Positions 24,235 to 36,160 of a stretch of 64,000 bases of DNA are shown piece by piece. The position numbers and the translations under genes are program-made. The stretch is from Malacoraja senta (taxonomy: Eukaryota). The stretch covers positions 1,986,001 through 2,050,000 of the forward strand of contig CM075995.1 of assembly GCA_038087875.1 (NCBI GenBank), given 5' to 3'. The notes beneath the pieces were generated by a model, which was not told where the DNA came from, made no database searches, and saw nothing but the letters and a program-made list of their open reading frames with translations. Positions within the stretch are counted from its first letter, which is position 1, and each line of letters opens with the position of its first letter.

Positions 24235-25037
24235 CAGCATGTTGTGTCTATCTTCAATTTTCTTGGCGAGTAGAAGTGCGGGCGGATCCGGACCGCAATG
24301 GCCGTGAGCCCCAGGCCGAGATCGGCGATCGTTTGCCTGCTTCTGCTGCTGTTGAAGGTGAGACATTGCGTCGCGCCAGCGTCTTGGGCCTGTCCCACTG
24401 TGGCCATCAGTTCCGCGACAGGCCGTTGGCGCGCGAAGATTTCGTTCATTACAAAGATTTCGGAGCCCCGCGCGATGTCGCGCACAGCTCCATACCCCTC
24501 CGCGCTTCTAAATGGGACCGGCCCCGCGTGGCCATACGATGCCTGTGCGCCTCAACGCGACCACGAGGTTGCGTAATTTGCGTGCCAAGGACACGTAAGT
24601 GGGACAGGCCCTTAACACTATCCTGCATACACTAGGGACAATTTACAATCTTACCCAAGCCAATTAACCTTCAAACCTGTACGTCTTTGGAGTGTGGGAG
24701 GAAACTGGAGCTCCCGGGGAAAACCCATAGTCATGGGGAGAACGTACAAACTCCGTACAACAATCAGTCTGAAGAAGGGTCCCGACCCAAAATATCACCT
24801 ATCCATGTTCTCCAGGGACATTGCTTGAACCGCTGAGTTACTCCAACATTTTGTGCCTTTCCTTGACAATTTCCATCCTCTCTGTACATCTGACAATATT
24901 CTCTGTAAAATATATCCTACTGTAGCTCCATCGCAATTTTAGTAGTTACTGTGTTGAAGCTCTACTGGAGCTTTTGATTAAGAAACACTTGCATTTTAAA
25001 AGTTTCATCCTTGTTTTGAAAATGTCTCCTTGGCATT

Positions 25038-25340
25038 GGGACGGCATGGTGGCGCAGCGGTAGAGTTGCTGTCTTACAGCGCCAGAGACCCGGATTCAAT
25101 CCTGACTATGGGTACTGTCTGTATGGAGTTTGTACGTTCTCCGAGGCCACGTGAGTTTTCTCCGGGTGCTCCGGTTTCCTCCAACACTCCAAAGGAGTAC
25201 AGGTTTGTAGGTTAATTTTGCTTCGGTAAAAATTGTAAATTGTCCATCATGTGTCGGATAGAGCTAGAATACGGGTATCGCTGGTTGGCACGAACTTGGT
25301 GGGCCGAAGGGCCTGTTTCCATGCTGTATCTCTAAGGTAA
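25038..25340 (+). mobile_element. HE1-type SINE
   Basis: Head, body and tail. Confidence 0.82.
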
Positions 25341-26905
25341 AGTCTAAAAAACGATTTCCCTTCCCCATCTCTGCTTCCTTCCACACTACAACCTGCCAAG
25401 ATTTCTGCTCTACTCCATATCTGGCAGTTTGAACATTCCTGAATTATAATTGTTCCAACAATATCTTCAGGTGGCCAGTTCTTCTCTGGAATCCCTCGCC
25501 ACCATTTTCTCTCACTTTGCGACACTCCTGGTAAATCTCTTTGATCAAACCTTTGGCCTTCTGTCCTAATCTCCGCAAATAGCATGCTGGTGTAACATAA
25601 CTATATGTCAGCACGAAAAAAAGCCTATTTGTCAAGTTGATCCAAAAAATGTGCCGCTTGAACTAATAGTTTTCCATTTAATAAATACTAAAGCTACTGA
25701 GTGGCACTGAATCGTGTTCCAGTTAAACGGTTGAAGGGAACCAACATCTGTCTGGCTAAAATTGATTTTCCATAAGCAATTTTTAATATAATTATCTATC
25801 TCCAATCTACCATGGCAAAATTATTCCCTTGCATGATTGTAATAACACGATGTGTAATTTTAAAAATGACCACCAATTTACTAAAGCTACGTCTTTATAT
25901 TTGATGCGACTTGAATTGGTTCTGGTTCATAAATGCGGTTCCGATAATTATATATGAGAAATAAAAATCATCTTCACTAAACAAAATTATAATTTTTCCC
26001 AATAAATATAACAGATTTTGGAAGTGTAAAGATACATACACCTATAATGTGAATCAGAAATGGAGACTTAGCAAAACGGTAAGCATGATCATGGTGGGCT
26101 GAAGGGTCCATTTTTGTGGTGTACGACACATTTGGTATAAGACAGGTGGATAAAATATGGCATCAAAGATGGTTGCAAGAATGGTGTTGCAACCATCTTT
26201 GCAGAAGCTTATTGTGGTCATAGTATCAAACAGGAAAGATCAAGGGTATGTAAGAAGGAACTGCAGATGCTGGTTTAAACCGAAGATAAGACACAAAAAG
26301 CAGGAGGAACTCAGCGGGACAGGCAGCGTCTCTGGAGAGAAGGCAGCATCTCTGGGTGACGTTTTGGGTCGCGACCTTTCTTCAGACCAGGATCAAGGAG
26401 CAGCATTGTTGGTTCCACATATCATCAATATTTAATGTACTCTCCTACTTGCTGCCATGAAGAGCACACATCTTGGCTGCTGTCGGGTTTCCCCAACCCA
26501 AAATGTATTTTCTAATCATAAAGTGCTGTTGATGTGATGGCTGCTCAATACTGCCTTTTTTCTCGCTCTCAGGTAAGGAAGATGGGTGGCACAGCGGTAG
26601 AGTTGCTGCCAGAGACCTGGGTTTAATCCTGATTACAGTTGCTGTCTGTATGGGGTTTATACCCTCTCCCCAAACTATGATGATGCATAAGTTATAGCTT
26701 GCATTCACATAGCACCTTTAAATGTCACAGCTATTCCAATCTCTAAGTTGTGTCAGGCAAATTTATCAAGTATATTTCCCATGAAAGATCCTAATTCTGG
26801 AAAGATATACCTGAAAAGATTCTAAGAGGTCAAGCTCATTTAGTCAAAGGATATGGGAAGAAAAGAGGTTCAAATCCGATTATCAGGAGAATTTCAAAGC
26901 ATAGA

Positions 26906-27210
26906 TTTAGTTTAGTTTAGCGATACAGCATGGAAACTGGCCTTTCGGCCCACCGAGTCCATGCTGACCAACAATCACCCCGTACAGTAGTTCTTTCCTA
27001 CACGTTAGGACAATTTACAGAAGCCAATTAACCTGCAAACCCTGGTGATGTCTTTGGAATGTGGGAGGAAATAGAAGATCCCGGAGAAAACCCACGCGGT
27101 CACAGGGAGTACAAACAAAAACTGCCTACGGACAGCATCAGTAGTCAGGGTCGAACCTGAGTCTTTAGTGCTGAAAGGCAGCAACCCTGCCACTTCACCA
27201 ACGTGCCACC
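26906..27210 (-). mobile_element. HE1-type SINE
   Basis: Reverse copy. Confidence 0.8.
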
Positions 27211-29602
27211 ATAAATCAGAGCAGGAAACCACTATATTATTAATCCCTCATTTAGCGTTAAATATTCCTGCAGAAACACAAACTACATTAGGCTTCACTG
27301 AATATGTCCAAAGCTGAAATTCTGAAATAAGAAATTACCATTAGATTGACCGCCTCGTGTAACTTGGAAACCAAATGCATTATGGTAATGATATATCATA
27401 AGTTCATAAATAATAGAATCAGAATTACCCATTCGGCCCATCAAGTCTACTCCGCCATTCAAAGATGGCTGATCTATCTCTCCCTCCAAACCCTATTCTC
27501 CTGCCTTCTCCCCATAACCCCCGACGCCCGTACTAATCAAGTATCTATCAATCTCCGCCTTAATAATATCCATTGACTTGTCCTCCACAGCTTTCTGTGG
27601 CAAATCATCCAAAAACTATATGTTAGAAAATCATTTTAGTTATAGAATACAATAATGCCACAGTTATTTCCAGCTTGCTTTCTGAAGGATTTACCAATAT
27701 ATTAGGCAACATGATAACACACTGGTCAACAGACAAGAAGAATTACACAGGCACTTGATTTGAACACTGACATTAGGTAAGAGTCTGTCCCCCATATTGG
27801 CAGTTCTGCATTTTTTCAGTTCCTTTTCTAAAAACTTCCATAGTTACAAACTAGAAGCAGTTCCCATCTACTCTTTAACTTCTCTTTTCCTCACCATAGT
27901 GTCAAATTAAATGGTACAAGTAACCTGAATATTTCAACACCCAATAAGAGTTCTTCCTTTCACGTTCCTCAGACATGCCATTCACTTATGGCAGTTAAAC
28001 CGTCAAAAAATGATCGCTCTCATTTTTTTTTGGAGTCATAGCTAAGATGGAGCAAACATTGAATCCATTTGCAGCAGTTTGGTCTTTCCCCAGAACAGCA
28101 GGTTAAACCACTTTTAGAATCATACCGCACCGAAACAGGCCCAAATTTCCCCTGCACCATCTATGCCAGTCCTACCTGACTACATTTAGCCCATATCCCA
28201 CGACCTTTCCTATCCAGGTACCTGTCCAAATGTCTTTTAAAAGCTGTTACAGTACCTGCCTCAATTACTTCCCCTGGCAGCTCGTTCCAATATTGTGGAA
28301 AAAGATGCCTCTCAGATTCCTATCAAATCTTTCCCCTCTCACCTATGTCCTCTGGTTCTTGATTCCTGTACTCTGGGTAAATGACTTTGTGAATTTACCC
28401 TATCTATTCCCCCAATGATTGTATACACCTCCATAAGATCAAACTAATAGACAACTAATTCCTGCTGTAAAATAATAAAAATAACACTCACATAGATTGC
28501 CAGACACACCTGGATTCTGAAAATGCAAAGCCAGATTATGTCTGGTCGGAAGATTGCTGGAGTAACTCAGCGGGGCAAGCAGCATCTCTGGAGAGAAGGA
28601 ATGGGTGACGTTTTGGGTCTAGAACCTTCGTTATGTCTGGTCAGAATGTGGCACAGATAAATTTGCACTAAGGTTAAGTTAAAGATGCTGGATTTAAATA
28701 GATTGAAAGTACAATTACTATTTTAATTATATATATTATTAAGACAATATTAATGTGTCATTGGTTACGGGGAGAAGGCAGGAGAATGGGGTTGGGAGGG
28801 AGAGATAGATCAACCATGATTGAATGGCGGAGTAGACTTGATGGGCCGAATGGCCTAATTCTGCCTCTATCACATGATCTTATGATTAATCGTTCATACG
28901 AGGCAGTCTGAAGAAGGGTCTCGACCCAAAATCTCGCCTATTCATTCCCTCCCCAGATCCCTGCCTGACCCACTGAGTTAACACAGAACAGTACAGCACA
29001 GCAGCAGGGCCTTCGGTCCACAATGTCTGTGCTGACCATGATGCCAAAGCCAACTTTTATCTGCCTGCACATAATCAATATTCCTCTTCTGTCGTATGTC
29101 TTTTAGACCTGCAGCTCCGTTGAGGCGAGCCAGGCCAACGTGTCATCGTCCAGACTGCAAAAAAAATTATTCCTCCATCCCTTGCATATCCATAAATACC
29201 CACTATCATATATGCCTCCACCACCCCTGGCAGCGAGTTCCAAGCACTCACTACTCGCTTTGTAAAAAAACCTGACCCACACATCTTCTTTAAACTTTGC
29301 CCCTCTCACCTTAAAACAATGTCCTCTAGTATTTGATATTTTGTGTTTTGATTAATCTTTCATTGCCAGGACAAGTGTAGTTATGGGCAACACTGGGTCC
29401 TGACAGTTGAAGAATGAAATGTTGTGTATTTATGGTTTTAAATGTACAAATATTCTTCCTGATGCAAGAAAATGTAATCAAACTTTATTTTGAAATAGAC
29501 ATAAGATTCACTACGTGAACATCAATTTAATGGTAACCACCTGTATTTATACAGGAACTTCATGACATCAAAGTACCCCACGTTGCCATGCAATTACATT
29601 AT

Positions 29603-29898
29603 GGTGGCAGAGTTGCTGCCTTACAGCGCCAGAGACCCGGGTTCGATCCTGACTACAGGTGCTGTCTGTACGGAGTTTGTACGTTCTCCCTGTGACCTGC
29701 GTAGGTTTTGTCCGGGTACTCCGGTTTCTTCCCACCATCCAAAGATGTACAGGTTATAGGTTAATTCGATTCAGTAAGAATTGTAAATTGTCCCTAGTGT
29801 GTGGGATAGTGCTACCGTACGGGGATCGCTGGTCGGCTTGGACCCTGGATGGGCCGAAGGGCCTGTTTACGCGCTGTTTCTCTAAACTAAACTAAACT
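29603..29898 (+). mobile_element. HE1-type SINE
   Basis: Slightly 5'-clipped copy with a (taaac)n tail. Confidence 0.82.
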
Positions 29899-30804
29899 GA
29901 ACAAAATGCGGTAATACAAAGTATACCACACAATAAGAGGATAAATCTCTGTGGATTTCAAGCTTGTCCGTTCTGAGAGCCTTCTGAGAAGGTCATAAGT
30001 TATAGGAGTAGAATTAGGCCATTCAGCCCATCAAGTCTACTCCGCTATTCAATCATGGCTGATCTATCTCTCCCTCTTAACCCCATTCTCCTGCCCTCCC
30101 TGACACCTGTACTAATCAGGAATCTATGTGGCTCTGCCGTTAAAATATCTACCGACTTGGCCTCGACAGCCTTCTGTGGCTAAGATTCTCTACGCTCTGA
30201 CGAAAAAAAATTCTCCTCATCTCCTTCCAAAAAGAACGTCCTTTAATTCTAAGGCTATAACCTCGAGTCCTAGTCTCTCCCACAAGTGGAAACACCCTCT
30301 CCACATCCACTCTATTCAAGCCTTTCACTATTCTTTATGTTTCAATTAGGTCCCCCCTCATTCTTCTAAACTCCAGCAAGTACAGACCCAGGGGCTGACA
30401 AATGCACATCACAGGTTAATCTACTCATTCCTGGGATCATTCTTGTAAACCTCCTCTGGACCCTCTCCAGAGCCAGCACATCCTTCCTCACATATGGTGC
30501 CCAAAATTGCTCACTTTTTAACTGCAGAACACAAATCATTTCAGTTTATCAGAGAAAATGTACATCTGATGCATCGATAGAAGAATCTCTTCTGGCAAAA
30601 TGTGAAACACACAATACTCAGAAGTACAATACCAAATCATCCCCTTGCCTTGCGCACTTAGATGCAAAAAAAAAATCAGCATTTTGACAAAACCTTTTTT
30701 GCTTTATATTTTAAAAAATCACGACATTCTGCAGATTATAAAGCTTTTTATTTTCCTGAGTTTCAGGTCAAAACATTAGTGAGGTATTAATTTGTAAATA
30801 TTAC

Positions 30805-30908
30805 CTTGGAATGATTGGATGGCTCTGTCTACCAGCTCCTCCACAGAGTAACTAGCCAGCTCTCCTCTCGCATGCTTGGTTTTGCAGTATGTGCAAGCAT
30901 TCAGGCAT
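30805..30908 (-). CDS. CDKAL1: CDKAL1 internal coding exon, 104 bp ([34 protein letters not shown]), with the radical-SAM CxxxCxxC [4Fe-4S] motif
   Basis: Minus strand reads ttctgattgctgcAG|atgcctgaatgct...tcattccaag|[14 protein letters not shown] is the radical-SAM cysteine triad. In frame with the 121-bp exon. Confidence 0.97.
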
Positions 30909-32205
30909 CTGCAGCAATCAGAACAGTAAGTACACTTTTCACTCTGAATGGCAGCAACATTTAAGGCATTTAGTGAAAGGAAATTAGGAGGCTAAAAGCA
31001 TGTTTCTCATTATATATTCAATCTGTATATAAAATTATGAGAGGCATAGATAGGGTAGACAGTCACAATCTTTTTTGCTCAGGGTGGAAATGTCCAACAC
31101 TAGAGGGCATAGCTATAAAATGAAAGTGGGAAAGTTTAATGGAGATGTGCGGGGCAAGTTTTTTTACACTGAGAGTGGTGGGGGCCTGGAACGCACTGCC
31201 AGGTGTGGTGGTGGAAGCAGGTACGATGGTGGCATTTAAGAGGCTTTCAGATAGATTTTGTTTGAGTCTAGTTTGAGTTTACTTTATTGCCATGTGTACA
31301 GCAAAATGTTTTTGTTGTGTGCTAACCAGTCAGCAGAAAGTGTACAAATACATGATAAAGGGAATAACGTGAATAAGGTTTAGTACAGATAAAGTCCAGT
31401 AAAGTCTGATCAAAGATGAGGTCTCCAAAGAGGTATACAGTAGGCATATGGAAATGAAGGGAATAGAGGGACATGGATCACGTGCAGGAACATGAGATCA
31501 GTTTAACGTGGCATCATGATCGTGCAAACATTGTGGGCCGAAGGGCCTGGTCCTATGCTGTACTGTTCTATGTTCAATGTTCCATTAATTTTAGACAAAT
31601 GGTTTTATTTTAATACTCAACCAATACATTTATGTTTCAGTCTTGTGGGAAGGATAGCAAGCTGTATAACTATTAAGCAAATACTTTATTCCTGTCCCAT
31701 CTCCTCATATGCACACCCACCAGTGAAAGTGGGCATTTTTGTCTACCTTTACTTATAAAGTACACATAACTGACATTGTGACACAGGGTCATAGAAAGAA
31801 CATTTTCTTCAATATCAATTTAGGAATTTGTATCCCATTACGTTTACAAATCCTGCGACCATTTGGTTGAATCGTCTTTAAGTGTTTAAAATGTTACATG
31901 CAAGTTTCTATGTCAACGATACATATTATAAGCTTAAGAGATGAACTTTTAAATATTAACTACATTCACAGAAATACAGTAGCTCAACACACTATACTGA
32001 CTTCAACAGAATTGTCCTTTCTCAATTTTTATCTCAACTATTTCTGTTTATTCTTAACAATGTTCCACCTTTATTTCCCAAAACGAGAGAACTGGAACTC
32101 AAAGTGGTTACTTTTAATAACTTTTGAACATGCACATCAAAATATTAATCTTTGAAATGGTGTTAATATATTTATTGATAGGACAAATCAGTCTGAAGAA
32201 TCAAT

Positions 32206-32242
32206 CCATCTGAAGAAGGTTCCCGAACCGAAACGTCACCTG
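32206..32242 (+). ncRNA. Minimal hammerhead ribozyme motif with compensatory stem II
   Basis: CTGAAGA-a-GGTTC-cc-GAACC-GAAA-CG-TC. Confidence 0.6.
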
Positions 32243-32471
32243 TCCAATTTCTAAAGAGATGCTGCCTGACCCACTGAGTTATTCCAGCATTTTGTGTCTA
32301 TGTTTGGTATAAACCAGCATCTGTGGTTCCTTATTATTAAAATAGGACAACAGATTAATTTGTTTTCTGAATTTTAACACATAAACGATCAGATTTTAAA
32401 CTATTAAGCACCAGATAGTTTCAATTGAATTACCTGGCTTCTGTTAAAAAATAGCTCCTTCTGCAGATTGT

Positions 32472-34258
32472 AGAGTCATAGAGGTTACATTGTGGAAACA
32501 GGCCCTTCGGCCCAACTTGCCCACACAGGCAACAATGTCCCAGCTGCACTAGTCCCACCTGGCTGCGCTTGGTCCATATCTCTCCAAACTTGTCCTATCC
32601 ATGTACCCATCTAACTGTTTCTTAAACGATGGGATAGTCCCAGCCTCAACTGCCTCCACTGGCAGCATGTTCCATACACCCACAACCCTCTGTGTGAAAA
32701 AGTTACCCCTCGGATTCCTATTAAATCTTTTCCCCTTCACCTTGAATCTATTTCCTCTGGTCCTTGATTACCCTTCTCTGGGCAAGAGGCTCTGTGCATC
32801 TACCCGATCTATTCCTCTCATGATTTTGTACACCTCTATAAGATCATCCCTCATCCTCCTGCACTCCATGGAATAGAGACCCAGCCTACTCAACCTCTCC
32901 CTATAGCTCACACCCTCTAGTCCTGGCAACATCCTCATAAATCTTTTTTGAACCCTTTCAAGCTTGACAATATCTTTCCTATAACATGGTGCCCAGAACT
33001 GAACACAATATTCTAAATGCGGCCTCACCAACGTCTTATACAACTGCAACATGACCTCCCAACTTCTATACAGAATACTCTGACTGATGAAGGCCAAAGT
33101 GCCAAAAGCCTTTTTGACCACCTTATCTACCTGCGACTCGACCTTCATGGAACCATGTACTTGTACTCCTAGATCCCTCTGCTCTACAACACTACCCAGA
33201 GGCCTACCATTTACTGTGTAGGTGCTGCTCTTGTTCGACATACCAAAATGCAACACCTCACACTACTTTGTATTAAATTCCATCAACCATTCTTCCGCCC
33301 ACCTGGCTAATCGATCCAGATCCTGCTGCAATCTTTCACAACCATCTTCACTATCTGCAAAACCACGCACTTTTGTATCATCAGCAAACTTACTAATTTT
33401 GCCCTGTATGTTCTCACCCAAATCATTGATGTAGGTGACAAACAGTTACGGGCCCAACACCAAACCCTGAGGCTCACCACTAGTCACCAGCCTGAGAAGC
33501 AAACTTCCACCATCGCCCTCTGCTTCCTTCCAAGGAGCCAATTTGCTATCTATTCAGCTATCTCTTCTTGGATCCCATGCGATCTAACCTTCCAGAGCAG
33601 CCTACCATGCAGAACCTTGTCGAAAGACTTACTGAAATCCATGTACACAACGTCTGCCCTCATCGACCTTTTTGGTCATGTCTTAAAAAAACAACAATCC
33701 GATTTGTGAGACACGATCTCCCATGTTAAAAACCATGCTGACTATCGCTAATCAGCCCTTGCCCATCCAAATGCCTGTATAACCTATCCCTCAGAATACT
33801 CTCTAGTAACTTTCCAACTACAGATGTTAAGCTCACCGGCCTATAGTTGCCCACCATTTTTCCTGCAGCCCTTCTTGAAAAGAGGCATAACATTTGCCAC
33901 CCTCCAGTCTTCCGGCACCTCTCCTGTATTTAAGGACAACTCGTAAATTTCAACCAGGCCTTCCGCAATTTCCTCATTAGTTTCCCACAATGTCCTCGGA
34001 TATATCTGATCAGGCCCTGGAGATTTGTATACCTTCATACACAACAGTACCTTCAGTACTTCTTCGACGGTAACACTGACTGCTCTCAAGACACTTCCAC
34101 TGACTGCCCCAAGTCCCTCCGTCTTACTGTCTTTCTCCTCGGTAAATACAGAGGAGAAATACTCATTGAGAACTTTGCCCATCTCCTGTGGCTCCACACA
34201 GAGGTGACCGCTTTGATTCATGAGAGGTCCCACTCTCTCTCGTGTTAACCTTTCCCCC
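32472..34258 (-). mobile_element. CR1/HER1-like LINE, 5'-truncated and degenerate
   Basis: ORF fragments with KSPGPDQIYPR, VPEDWRVANV, LVRPHLEYCVQFW and RGNFFTQRVV; (CTATGA)-type tail. Confidence 0.9.
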
Positions 34259-35536
34259 CTGAATTATTAGACCTACTAATACTCAGTCTTGAGAGTTAAA
34301 CTTGAAACAATTGAGCAGGGATTTCCTTTACTGGTTAAGAATAACCATTTTAAGTATAAAATATATTGGGTTTTGCATAGGTACCATTTTTGTGAGCACT
34401 TATCAGAAGTCAACGCCTGGCCCACTTTTGAAGCAGATACAGAGTCCACCTCAGCAGAAAACATAAAGACTAGTTTCAGGTCGAAACCCTTCTTCAGACT
34501 GACCCTAAACGTCTCCCAATCCTTCTATCCAGAAACGCTACTTATCCTGCTGAGTTACTCTAGCATTTTGTGTCTATCTTCACCCTTTTAATGAAGTAAG
34601 CTCCATTTCATTCAGATTTTTAAATGATTAAACATTATTCAGAAGTTTAATGTACCATTCATTAATGTTCAGAGTATAATGTCCCATTGCTACATTGTAG
34701 GAGTAGCACTAATAAGTGTAAGAAAAAATTGATTCTCTCACCTATGACACTAATTGGAGTTTATCTCAGCAGCACTGTGTTTTGTGCTGCATGCTGGGAA
34801 AGGGAGGAGAGATAGTGACAAAAACAGTTTCACAATTATCTTTACAGAACCACTTCGGAATAGTTTTACTAGAGTTAAATAGGTGATTCCAGTAAATTTT
34901 AGGCATTTTTACACACAGCAATTGAACATAGAATAGCACAGCACAGGAATGGGCCCTTCGGCCCACAGTGTTTGTGCCGCACATGATGCCAAGTTAAACT
35001 GATCTCATCTAACTGTACATGATCCATATCCCTCTATTCCCTGCACTTCCTGTGCCTAGCTAAAAGCCTCTTAAACGCCACTATTGTATCTGCCTCCACC
35101 AACAGCCCTGGCAATGCGTTCCAGGCAGCACCACTCTCTGTGAAAAACAACTTGCCTTGGACATCTCCATTAAACTTTCCCCCTCTTTGCTTGTAGCTAT
35201 GCCCTCCAGTGACAGCTAGTTCCACTCTGTCAAAATGGTTTTGACTGTCTACCCTATCTATTCCTCTCATAATTTTATATACTTCTATCAAGTCTCCCCT
35301 CAACCGACAATCCAGAGAAAACAATCCAAGTCTGTCCAACATCTCCTGATGTGAGGCTCACGGGCCTATAGTTCCCTGGATTCTCTCTCTATTTCCTTTC
35401 TTAAACAAAGGAACAACAATGGCCACTCTCCTGTCCTTCAGGATCTCGCCTATGGCTGGAGAAGAAACAAAGATCCTCCTCAAGGCCCCAACAATCTCCT
35501 CTCTTGCTTCCCTCAGATAAAAGGTAATGGGTGCGG

Positions 35537-35757
35537 TGTGGCGCCATCTGGTGGTTAGGCCAGTTATAGATCGAACCCTCGTTAGTAGAACTGGAACAGG
35601 CACGTGACTGCGTTTGGCGGGAAGATGACGTCATGAGTCACGGGTGTGCCCGACTGCAACTACAAGGACTCAGTTAGTGCTCACTCTCAGCACGCGAGTG
35701 TCGGACTCTGTATCTGCCATTAAAGATCGTTTTATTCTTAACGTGTGTCTCGCCATA
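35537..35757 (+). mobile_element. Putative 5' LTR of a Gypsy retrotransposon
   Basis: Begins TGTGGCG and ends CGCCATA (near-perfect TG..CA inverted ends). ATTAAA lies near the 3' end. Followed directly by a PBS and gag. Confidence 0.65.
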
Positions 35758-35758
35758 T

Positions 35759-35770
35759 TGGTGACCCCGA
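35759..35770 (+). promoter_or_regulatory. Primer-binding site TGGTGACCCCGA (tRNA-Trp type)
   Basis: Complementary to the 3' end of tRNA-Trp (...TCGGGGTCACCA). Sits between the LTR and gag. Confidence 0.75.
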
Positions 35771-35862
35771 TGATCTAAAACGGCTGTTTTGGATTTTCAC
35801 GATGTGACGCAGCCGACAACCTACCCCAGCAACCCAAAGCAGCCGACATCCCGGCTCAACAG

Positions 35863-36160
35863 AATGCCGTTTCTCTCAAACTGCCTGTGTTCTGGACATC
35901 GCAGCCCCAGGTGTGGTTCCGGCAGGCTGAGGCCCAGTTCCATATTCGGCGAATTACTGCCTATGACACGAAGTATTATTATGTGGTCAGCGTGCTGGAT
36001 CAGGACACGGCCGGTCGACTCGAGCATTACCTGCGCCAGCCGCCAGCTGCCGACAAGTACGAGGGCCTCAAGGAGCTCCTCCTGCATACCTTTGGTCTCA
36101 GCCGCCACGATCGGGCGGTGATGCTCATGTACATGGGAGATCTCAGTGATCGCAAGCCTT
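35863..36160 (+). pseudogene. Gypsy gag N-terminal fragment, cut off by the Rex1 element
   Basis: Reads NAVSLKLPVFWTSQPQVWFRQAEAQF...TKYYYVVSVL...LSDRKPS, a recognisable Gypsy gag N-terminus. It stops at the Rex1 tail. Confidence 0.8.

Larger units (their letters stand above)
23240..24612. mobile_element. PIF/Harbinger-type MITE with nested content, inserted into a SINE
   Basis: TIRs of about 60 bp (AGGGCCT[A/G]TCCCACTTACGTGTCCTTG...) and a TAA TSD at 23237-23239 and 24613-24615. Removing it restores the host SINE sequence cacactaacactatcct. Confidence 0.88.
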
